NCBI GenBank assembly: GCA_964016885.1
Contig: OZ024740.1
Coordinates: 430,032,001-430,096,000 of the forward strand
DNA from: Eledone cirrhosa
Taxonomy: Eukaryota
DNA: 64,000 bases
Reading direction: 5' to 3'
Below, piece after piece: positions 1 through 12,000 of this stretch. The position numbers and the translations under genes are program-made. Position 1 is the stretch's first letter, and every line of letters begins with the position of its first letter. The notes beneath the pieces were generated by a model that saw only the letters and a list, made by a program, of their open reading frames with translations, was not told where the DNA came from and did not search any database.

Positions 1-1
1 T

Positions 2-3000
2 GTCTACCACCAAAGTTACCTTGGTGTAGGTGGTGCCAGATACACAATAACATGTGGTGGAGGTGAGACAGGAGTTTCTGACAGTAATGTCTACCACCAA
101 AGTTACTTTGGTGTAGGTGGTGCCAGATACACAATAACATGTGGAGGAGGTGAGACAGGAGTTTCTGACAGTAATGTCTACCACCAAAGTTACCTTGGTG
201 TAGGTGGTGCCAGATGTAGAATAACATGTGGAGGAGGTGAGACAGGAGTTTCTGACAGTAATGTCTACCACCAAAGTTACCTTGGTGTAGGTGGTGCCAG
301 ATACATAATAACATATGGAGGAGGTGAGACAGGAGTTTCTGACAGTAATGTCTACCACCAAAGTTACCTTGCTGTAGGTGGTGCCAGATGTACAACATGT
401 GGAGGAGGTGAGACAGGAGTTTCTGACAGTAATGTCTTCCACCAAAGTTACCTTGGTGTAGGTGGTGCCAGATACACAATAACATGTGGAGGAGGTGAGA
501 CAGGAGTTTCTGACAGTAATGTCTACCACCAAAGTTACCTTGGTGTAGGTGGTGCCAGATACACAATAACATGTGGAGGAGGTGAGACAGGAGTTTCTGA
601 CAGTAATGTCTACAACCAAAGTTACCTTGGTGTAGGTGGTGCCAGATACATAATAACATGTGGTGGAGGTTAGACAGGAGTTTCTGACTGTAATGTCTAC
701 CACCAAAGTTACCTTGGTGTAGGTGGTGCCAGATACATAATAACATGTGGAGGAGGTGAGACAGGAGTTTCTGACAGTAATGTCTACCACCAAAGTTACC
801 TTGGTGTAGGTGGTGCCAGATGTACAACAACATGTGGTGGAGGTGAGACAGGAGTTTCTGACTGTAATGTCTACCACCAAAGTTACCTTGGTGTAGATGG
901 TGCCAGATACACAATAACATGTGGAGGAGGTGAGACAGGAGTTTCTGACAGTAATGTCTACCACCAAAGTTACCTTGGTGTAGGTGGTGCCAGATGTACA
1001 ACAACATGTGGAGGAGGTGAGACAGGAGTTTCTGACAGTAATGTCTACCACCAAAGTTACCTTGGTGTAGGTGGTGCCAGATACACAATAACATGTGGAG
1101 GAGGTGAGACAGGAGTTTCTGACAGTAATATCTACCACCAAAGTTACCTTGGTGTAGGTGGTGCTTGATGTCCAACAACATGTGGAGGAGGTGAGACAGG
1201 AGTTTCTGACAGTAATGTCTACCACCAAAGTTACCTTGGTGTAGGTGGTGCCAGATACACAATAACATGTGGAGGAGGTGAGACAGGAGTTTCTGACAGT
1301 AATGTCTACCACCAAAGTTACCTTGGTGTAGGTGGTGCCAGATACACAATAACATGTGGAGGAGGTGAGACAGGAGTTTCTGACAGTAATGTCTACCACC
1401 AAAGTTACCTTGGTGTAGGTGGTGCCAGATGTACAATAACATGTGGAGGAGGTGAGACAGGAGTTTCTGACAGTAATGTCTACCACCAAAGTTACCATGG
1501 TGTAGGTGGTGTCAGATACACAATAACATGTGGAAGGGGTGAGACAGGAGTTTCTGACAGTAATGTCTACCACCAAAGTTACCTTGGTGTAGGTGGTGCC
1601 AGATACACAATAACATGTGGAGGAGGTGAGACAGGAGTTTCTGACAGTAATGTCTACCACCAAAGTTACCATGGTGTAGGTGGTGCCAGATGTACAACAA
1701 CATATGGAGGAGGTGAGACAGGAGTTTCTGACAGTAATGTCTACCACCAAAGTTACCTTGGTGTAGGTGGTGCCAGATACATAATAACATGTGGAGGAGG
1801 TGAGACAGGAGTTTCTGACAGTAATGTCTACCACCAAAGTTACCTTGGTGTAGGTGGTGCCAGATACACAATAACATGTGGAGGAGGTGAGACAGGAGTT
1901 TCTGACAATAATGTCTACCACCAAAGTTACCTTGGTGTAGGTGGTGCCAGATGTACAATAACATATTGAGGAGGTGAGACAGGAGTTTCTGACAGTAATG
2001 TCTACCACCAAAGTTACCTTGGTGTAGGTGGTGCCAGATACACAATAACATGTGGAGGAGGTGAGACAGGAGTTTCTGACAGTAATGACTACCACCAAAG
2101 TTACCTTGGTGTAGGTGGTGCCAGATGTACAATAACATATGGAGGAGGTGAGACAGGTGTTTCTGACAGTAATGTCTACCACCAAAGTTACCTTGGTGTA
2201 GGTGGTGCCAGATACACAATAACATGTGGAGGAGGTGAGACAGGAGTTTCTGACAGTAACGTCTTCCAAAGTTACCTTGGTGTAGGTGGTGCCAGATGTA
2301 GAATAACATGTGGAGGAGGTGAGACAGGAGTTTCTGACAGTAATGTCTACCACCAAAGTTACCTTGGTGTAGGTGGTGCCAGATGTAGAATAACATGTGG
2401 AGGAGGTGAGACAGGAGTTTCTGACAGTAATGTCTACCACCAAAGTTACCTTGGTGTAGGTGGTGCCAGATACATAATAACATGTGGAGGAGGTGAGACA
2501 GGAGTTTCTGACAGTAACGTCTTCCAAAGTTACCTTGGTGTAGGTGGTGCCAGATGTAGAATAACATGTGGAGGAGGTGAGACAGGAGTTTCTGACAGTA
2601 ATGTCTACCACCAAAGTTACCTTGGTGTAGGTGGTGCCAGATGTAGAATAACATGTGGAGGAGGTGAGACAGGAGTTTCTGACAGTAATGTCTACCACCA
2701 AAGTTACCTTGGTGTAGGTGGTGCCAGATGTAGAATAACATGTGGAGGAGGGGAGACAGGAGTTTCTGACAGTAATGTCTACCACCAAAGTTACCTTGCT
2801 GTAGGTGGTGCCAGATGTACAACATGTGGAGGAGGTGAGACAGGAGTTTCTGACAGTAATGTCTACCACCAAAGTTACCTTGGTGTAGGTGGTGCCAGAT
2901 ACACAATAACATGTGGAGGAGGTGAGACAGGAGTTTCTGACAGTAATGTCTACCACCAAAGTTACCTTGGTGTAGGTGGTGCCAGATACATAATAACATA

Positions 3001-6000
3001 TGGAGGAGGTGAGACAGGAGTTTCTGACAGTAATGTCTACCACCAAAGTTACCTTGGTGTAGGTGGTGCCAGATGTACAACAACATGTGGATGAGGTGAG
3101 ACAGGAGTTTCTGACAGTAATGTCTACCACCAAAGTTACCTTGGTGTAGGTGGTGCCAGATACACAATAACATGTGGAGGAGGTGAGACAGGAGTTTCTG
3201 ACAGTAATATCTACCACCAAAGTTACCTTGGTGTAGGTGGTGCCAGATGTACAACAACATGTGGAGGAGGTGAGACAGGAGTTTCTGACAGTAATGTCTA
3301 CCACCAAAGTTACCTTGGTGTAGGTGGTGCCAGATACACAATAACATGTGGAGGAGGTGAGACAGGAGTTTCTGACAGTAATGTCTACCACCAAAGTTAC
3401 CTTGGTGTAGGTGGTGCCAGATACACAATAACATGTGGAGGAGGTGAGACAGGAGTTTCTGACAGTAATGTCTACCACCAAAGTTACCTTGGTGTAGGTC
3501 GTGCCAGATGTACAATAACATGTGGAGGAGGTGAGACAGGAGTTTCTGACTGTAATGTCTACCACCAAAGTTACCTTGGTGTAGGTGGTGCCAAATACAT
3601 AATAACATGTGGAGGAGGTGAGACAGGAGTTTCTGACTGTAATATCTACCACCAAAGTTACCTTGGTGTAGGTGGTGCCAGATACATAACATGTGGAGGA
3701 GGTGAGACAGGAGTTTCTGACAGTAATGTCTTCCAAAGTTACCTTGGTGTAGGTGGTGCCAGATACACAATAACATGTGGAGGAGGTGAGACAGGAGTTT
3801 CTGACAGTAATGTCTACCACCAAAGTTACCTTGGTGTAGGTGGTGCCAGATACACAATAACATGTGGAGGAGGTGAGACAGGAGTTTCTGACAGTAATGT
3901 CTACCACCAAAGTTACCTTGGTGTAGGTGGTGCCAGATACACAATAACATGTGGAGGAGGTGGGGCAGGAGTTTCTGACAGTAATGTCTACCACCAAAGT
4001 TACCTTGGTGTAGGTGGGGCCAGATACATAATAACATATGGAGGAGGTGAGACAGGAGTTTCTGACAGTAATGTCTACAACCAAAGTTACCTTGGTGTAG
4101 GTGGTGCCAGATACATAATAACATATGGAGGAGGTGAGACAGGAGTTTCTGACAGTAATGTCTACCACCAAAGTTACCTTGGTGTAGGTGGTGCCAGATG
4201 TAAAACAACATGTGGAGGAGGTGAGACAGGAGTTTCTGACAGTAATGTCTACCACCAAAGTTACCTTGGTGAAGGTGGTGCCAGATGTAAAACAACATGT
4301 GGAGAAGGTGAGACAGGAGTTTCTGACAGTAATGTCTACCACCAAAGTTACCTTGGTGAAGGTGGTGCCAGATGTGAAACAACATGTGGAGAAGGTGAGA
4401 CAGGAGTTTCTGACAGTAATGTCTACCACCAAAGTTACCTTGGTGTAGGTGGTGCCAGATGTAAAACAACATGTGGAGAAGGTGAGACAGGAGTTTCTGA
4501 CAGTAATGTCTACCACCAAAGTTACCTTGGTGAAGGTGGTGCCAGATACACAATAACATATGGAGGAGGTGAGACAGGAGTTTCTGACAGTAATGTCTAC
4601 CACCAAAGTTACCTTGGTGTAGGTGGTGCCAGATACATAATAACATATGGAGGAGGTGAGACAGGAGTTTCTGACAGTAATGTCTACCACCAAAGTTACC
4701 TTGGTGTAGGTGGTGCCAGATGTAAAACAACATGTGGAGGAGGTGAGACAGGAGTTTCTGACAGTAATGTCTACCACCAAAGTTACCTTGGTGTAGGTGG
4801 TGCCAGATACACAATAACATGTGGAGGAGGTGAGACAGGAGTTTCTGACAGTAATGTCTACCACCAAAGTTACCTTGGTGTAGGTGGTGCCAGATACACA
4901 ATAACATGTGGAGGAGGTGAGACAGGAGTTTCTGACAGTAATGTCTACCACCAAAGTTACCTTGGTGTAGGTGGTGCCAGATACACAATAACATGTGGAG
5001 GAGGTGAGACAGGAGTTTCTGACAGTAATGTCTACCACCAAAGTTACCTTGGTGTAGGTGGTGCCAGATACACAATAACATGTGGAGGAGGTGAGACAGG
5101 AGTTTCTGACAGTAATGTCTACCACCAAAGTTACCTTGGTGTAGGTCGTGCCAGATGTACAATAACATGTGGAGGAGGTGAGACAGGAGTTTCTGACTGT
5201 AATGTCTACCACCAAAGTTACCTTGGTGTAGGTGGTGCCAAATACATAATAACATGTGGAGGAGGTGAGACAGGAGTTTCTGACAGTAATGTCTACCACC
5301 AAAGTTACCTTGGTGTAGGTGGTGCCAGATACATAATAACATATGGAGGAGGTGAGACAGGAGTTTCTGACAGTAATGTCTACCACCAAAGTTACCTTGG
5401 TGTAGGTGGTGCCAGATGTAAAACAACATGTGGAGGAGGTGAGACAGGAGTTTCTGACAGTAATGTCTACCACCAAAGTTACCTTGGTGTAGGTGGTGCC
5501 AGATACACAATAACATGTGGAGGAGGTGAGACAGGAGTTTCTGACAGTAATGTCTACCACCAAAGTTACCTTGGTGTAGGTGGTGCCAGATACACAATAA
5601 CATGTGGAGGAGGTGAGACAGGAGTTTCTGACAGTAATGTCTACCACCAAAGTTACCTTGGTGTAGGTGGTGCCAGATGTACAATAACATGTGGAGGAGG
5701 TCAGACAGGAGTTTCTGACGGTAATGTCTACCACCAAAGTTACCTTGGTGTAGGTGGGGCCAGATGTACAATAACATATGGAGGAGGTGAGACAGGAGTT
5801 TCTGACAGTAATGTCTACCACCAAAGTTACCTTGGTGTAGGTGGTGCCAGATACACAATAACATATGGAGGAGGTGAGACAGGAGTCTCTAACAGTAATG
5901 TCTACCACCAAAGTTACCTTCGTGTAGGTGGTGCCAGATACATAATAACATGTGGAGGAGGTGAGACAGGAGTTTCTGACTGTAATGTCTACCACCAAAG

Positions 6001-9000
6001 TTACCTTGGTGTAGGTGGTGCCAGATACACAATAACATGTGGAGGAGGTGAGACAGGAGTTTCTGACTGTAATGTCTACCACCAAAGTTACCTTGGTGTA
6101 GGTGGTGCCAAATACATAATAACATGTGGAGGAGGTGAGACAGGAGTTTCTGACTGTAATATCTACCACCAAAGTTACCTTGGTGTAGGTGGTGCCAGAT
6201 ACATAACATGTGGAGGAGGTGAGACAGGAGTTTCTGACAGTAATGTCTACCACCAAAGTTACCTTGGTGTAGGTGGTGCCAGATACACAATAACATGTGG
6301 AGGAGGTGAGACAGGAGTTTCTGACAGTAATGTCTACCACCAAAGTTACCTTGGTGTAGGTGGTGCCAGATACACAATAACATGTGGAGGAGGTGAGACA
6401 GGAGTTTCTGACAGTAATGTCTACCACCAAAGTTACCTTGGTGTAGGTGGTGCCAGATGTAGAATAACATGTGGAGGAGGGGAGACAGGAGTTTCTGACA
6501 GTAATGTCTACCACCAAAGTTACCTTGCTGTAGGTGGTGCCAGATGTACAACATGTGGAGGAGGTGAGACAGGAGTTTCTGACAGTAATGTCTACCACCA
6601 AAGTTACCTTGGTGTAGGTGGTGCCAGATACACAATAACATGTGGAGGAGGTGAGACAGGAGTTTCTGACAGTAATGTCTACCACCAAAGTTACCTTGGT
6701 GTAGGTGGTGCCAGATACACAATAACATGTGGAGGAGGTGAGACAGGAGTTTCTGACAGTAATGTCTACAACCAAAGTTACCTTGGTGTAGGTGGTGCCA
6801 GATACATAATAGCATGTGGTGGAGGTTAGACAGGAGTTTCTGACTGTAATGTCTACCACCAAAGTTACCTTGGTGTAGGTGGTGCCAGATACATAATAAC
6901 ATGTGGAGGAGGTGAGACAGGAGTTTCTGACAGTAATGTCTACCACCAAAGTTACCTTGGTGTAGGTGGTGCCAGATGTACAACAACATGTGGTGGAGGT
7001 GAGACAGGAGTTTCTGACTGTAATGTCTACCACCAAAGTTACCTTGGTGTAGATGGTGCCAGATACACAATAACATGTGGAGGAGGTGAGACAGGAGTTT
7101 CTGACAGTAATGTCTACCACCAAAGTTACCTTGGTGTAGGTGGTGCCAGATGTACAACAACATGTGGAGGAGGTGAGACAGGAGTTTCTGACAGTAATGT
7201 CTACCACCAAAGTTACCTTGGTGTAGGTGGTGCCAGATACACAATAACATGTGGAGGAGGTGAGACAGGAGTTTCTGACAGTAATATCTACCACCAAAGT
7301 TACCTTGGTGTAGGTGGTGCTTGATGTACAACAACATGTGGAGGAGGTGAGACAGGAGTTTCTGACAGTAATGTCTACCACCAAAGTTACCTTGGTGTAG
7401 GTGGTGCCAGATACACAATAACATGTGGAGGAGGTGAGACAGGAGTTTCTGACAGTAATGTCTACCACCAAAGTTACCTTGGTGTAGGTGGTGCCAGATA
7501 CACAATAACATGTGGAGGAGGTGAGACAGGAGTTTCTGACAGTAATGTCTACCACCAAAGTTACCTTGGTGTAGGTGGTGTCAGATACACAATAACATGT
7601 GGAGGAGGTGAGACAGGAGTTTCTGACAGTAATGTCTACCACCAAAGTTACCTTGGTGTAGGTGGTGCCAGATGTACAATAACATGTGGAGGAGGTGAGA
7701 CAGGAGTTTCTGACAGTAATGTCTACCACCAAAGTTACCTTGGTGTAGGTGGTGCCAGATACACAATAACATGTGGAGGAGGTGAGACAGGAGTTTCTGA
7801 CAGTAATGTCTACCACCAAAGTTACCATGGTGTAGGTGGTGCCAGATGTACAACAACATATGGAGGAGGTGAGACAGGAGTTTCTGACAGTAATGTCTAC
7901 CACCAAAGTTACCTTGGTGTAGGTGGTGCCAGATACACAATAACATGTGGAGGAGGTGAGACAGGAGTTTCTGACAGTAATATCTACCACCAAAGTTACC
8001 TTGGTGTAGGTGGTGCCAGATGTACAACAACATGTGAAGGAGGTGAGACAGGAGTTTCTGACAGTAATGTCTACCACCAAAGTTACCTTGGTGTAGGTGG
8101 TGCCAGATACACAATAACATGTGGAGGAGGTGAGACAGGAGTTTCTGACAGTAATGTCTACCACCAGAGTTACCTTGTTGTAGGTGGTGCCAGATGTACA
8201 ATAACATATGGAGGAGGTGAGACAGGTGTTTCTGACAGTAATGTCTACCACCAAAGTTACCTTGGTGTAGGTGGTGCCAGATACACAATAACATGTGGAG
8301 GAGGTGGGGCAGGAGTTGCTGACAGTAATGTCTACCACCAAAGTTACCTTGGTGTAGGTGGTGCCAGATACATAAAAACAAGTGGAGGAGGTGAGACAGG
8401 AGTTTCTGACAGTAATGTCTACCACCAAAGTTACCTTGGTGTAGGTGGTGCCAGATGTACAATAATATGTGGAGGAGGTGAGACAGGAGTTTCTGACAGT
8501 AATGTCTACCACCAAAGTTACCTTGGTGTAGGTGGTGCCAGATACACAATAACATGTGGAGGAGGTGAGACAGGAGTTTCTGACAGTAATGTCTACCTCC
8601 AAAGTTACCTTGATGTAGGTGGTGCCAGATGTACAATAACATATGGAGGAGGTGAGACAGGAGTCTCTGACAGTAATGTCTACCACCAAAGTTACCTTGG
8701 TGTAGGTGGTGCCAGATACATAATAACATGTGGAGGAGGTGAGACAGGAGTTTCTGACAGTAATGTCTACCACCAAAGTTACCTTGGTGTAGGTGGTGCC
8801 AGATACACAATAACATATGGAGGAGGTGAGACAGGAGTTTCTGACAGTAATATCTACCACCAAAGTTACCTTGGTGTAGGTGGTGCCAGATGTACAACAA
8901 CATGTGGAGGAGGTGAGACAGGAGTTTCTGACAGTAATGTCTACCACCAAAGTTACCTTGGTGTAGGTGGTGCCAGACACACAATAACATGTGGAGGAGG

Positions 9001-12000
9001 TGAGACAGGAGTTTCTGACTGTAATGTCTACCACCAAAGTTACCTTGGTGTAGGTGGTGCCAGATACACAATAACAAGTGGAGGAGGTGAGACAGGAGTT
9101 TCTGACAGTAATGTCTACCACCAAAGTTACCTTGGTGTAGGTGGTGCCAGATGTACAATAATATGTGGAGGAGGTGAGACAGGAGTTTCTGACAGTAATG
9201 TCTACCACCAAAGTTACCTTGGTGTAGGTGGTGCCAGATGTACAATAACATATGGAGGAGGTGAGACAGGAGTTTCTGACAGTAATGTCTACCACCAAAG
9301 TTACCTTGGTGTAGGTGGTGCCAGATGTACAATAACATATGGAGGAGGTGAGACAGGAGTCTCTGACAGTAATGTCTAGCACCAAAGTTACCTTGGTGTA
9401 GGTGGTGCCAGATACATAATAACATGTGGAGGAGGTGAGACAGGAGTTTCTGACAGTAATGTCTACCACCAAAGTTACCTTGGTGTAGGTGGTGCCAGAT
9501 ACATAATAACATGTGGAGGAGGTGAGACAGGAGTTTCTGACAGTGATGTCTACCACCAAAGTTACCTTGGTGTAGGTGGTGCCAGATACATAATAACATG
9601 TGGAGGAGGTGAGACAGGAGTTTCTGACTGTAATGTCTACCAACAAAGTTACCTTGGTGTAGGTGGTGCCAGATGTACAATACCATGTGGAGGAGGTGAG
9701 ACAGGAGTTTCTGACAGTAATGTTTACCACCAAAGTTACCTTGATGTAGGTGGTGCCAGATACATAATAACATGTGGAGGAGGTGAGACAGGAGTTTCTG
9801 ACTGTAATGCCTACCACCAAAGTTACCTTGGTGTAGGTGGTGCCAGATGTACAACAACATGTGGAGGAGGTGAGACAGGAGTTTCTCACAGTAATGTCTA
9901 CCACCAAAGTTACCTTGGTGTAGGTGGTGCCAGATACACAATAACATGTGGTGGAGGTGAGACAGGAGTTTCTGACAGTAATGTCTACCACCAAAGTTAC
10001 TTTGGTGTAGGTGGTGCCAGATACACAATAACATGTGGAGGAGGTGAGACAGGAGTTTCTGACAGTAATGTCTACCACCAAAGTTACCTTGGTGTAGGTG
10101 GTGCCAGATGTAGAATAACATGTGGAGGAGGTGAGACAGGAGTTTCTGACAGTAATGTCTACCACCAAAGTTACCTTGGTGTAGGTGGTGCCAGATACAT
10201 AATAACATATGGAGGAGGTGAGACAGGAGTTTCTGACAGTAATGTCTACCACCAAAGTTACCTTGCTGTAGGTGGTGCCAGATGTACAACATGTGGAGGA
10301 GGTGAGACAGGAGTTTCTGACAGTAATGTCTTCCACCAAAGTTACCTTGGTGTAGGTGGTGCCAGATACACAATAACATGTGGAGGAGGTGAGACAGGAG
10401 TTTCTGACAGTAATGTCTACCACCAAAGTTACCTTGGTGTAGGTGGTGCCAGATACACAATAACATGTGGAGGAGGTGAGACAGGAGTTTCTGACAGTAA
10501 TGTCTACAACCAAAGTTACCTTGGTGTAGGTGGTGCCAGATACATAATAACATGTGGTGGAGGTTAGACAGGAGTTTCTGACTGTAATGTCTACCACCAA
10601 AGTTACCTTGGTGTAGGTGGTGCCAGATACATAATAACATGTGGAGGAGGTGAGACAGGAGTTTCTGACAGTAATGTCTACCACCAAAGTTACCTTGGTG
10701 TAGGTGGTGCCAGATGTACAACAACATGTGGTGGAGGTGAGACAGGAGTTTCTGACTGTAATGTCTACCACCAAAGTTACCTTGGTGTAGATGGTGCCAG
10801 ATACACAATAACATGTGGAGGAGGTGAGACAGGAGTTTCTGACAGTAATGTCTACCACCAAAGTTACCTTGGTGTAGGTGGTGCCAGATGTACAACAACA
10901 TGTGGAGGAGGTGAGACAGGAGTTTCTGACAGTAATGTCTACCACCAAAGTTACCTTGGTGTAGGTGGTGCCAGATGTACAATAACATGTGGAGGAGGTC
11001 AGACAGGAGTTTCTGACGGTAATGTCTACCACCAAAGTTACCTTGGTGTAGGTGGGGCCAGATGTACAATAACATATGGAGGAGGTGAGACAGGAGTTTC
11101 TGACAGTAATGTCTACCACCAAAGTTACCTTGGTGTAGGTGGTGCCAGATACACAATAACATATGGAGGAGGTGAGACAGGAGTTTCTGACAGTAATATC
11201 TACCACCAAAGTTACCTTGGTGTAGGTGGTGCCAGATGTACAACAACATGTGGAGGAGGTGAGACAGGAGTTTCTGACAGTAATGTCTACCACCAAAGTT
11301 ACCTTGGTGTAGGTGGTGCCAGACACACAATAACATGTGGAGGAGGTGAGACAGGAGTTTCTGACTGTAATGTCTACCACCAAAGTTACCTTGGTGTAGG
11401 TGGTGCCAGATACACAATAACAAGTGGAGGAGGTGAGACAGGAGTTTCTGACAGTAATGTCTACCACCAAAGTTACCTTGGTGTAGGTGGTGCCAGATGT
11501 ACAATAATATGTGGAGGAGGTGAGACAGGAGTTTCTGACAGTAATGTCTACCACCAAAGTTACCTTGGTGTAGGTGGTGCCAGATGTACAATAACATATG
11601 GAGGAGGTGAGACAGGAGTTTCTGACAGTAATGTCTACCACCAAAGTTACCTTGGTGTAGGTGGTGCCAGATGTACAATAACATATGGAGGAGGTGAGAC
11701 AGGAGTCTCTGACAGTAATGTCTAGCACCAAAGTTACCTTGGTGTAGGTGGTGCCAGATACATAATAACATGTGGAGGAGGTGAGACAGGAGTTTCTGAC
11801 AGTAATGTCTACCACCAAAGTTACCTTGGTGTAGGTGGTGCCAGATACATAATAACATGTGGAGGAGGTGAGACAGGAGTTTCTGACAGTGATGTCTACC
11901 ACCAAAGTTACCTTGGTGTAGGTGGTGCCAGATACATAATAACATGTGGAGGAGGTGAGACAGGAGTTTCTGACTGTAATGTCTACCAACAAAGTTACCT

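Noticed and set aside
78-106. Minus-strand 29-nt intron (AAG|GTAACT...TGTCAG|)
   Set aside because: It is too short for most spliceosomes, and the 58-nt exon left over would not preserve frame.
4188-4448. 86-aa plus-strand ORF as a gene
   Set aside because: It is three repeat units in which local substitutions removed the usual stops, with no independent support.
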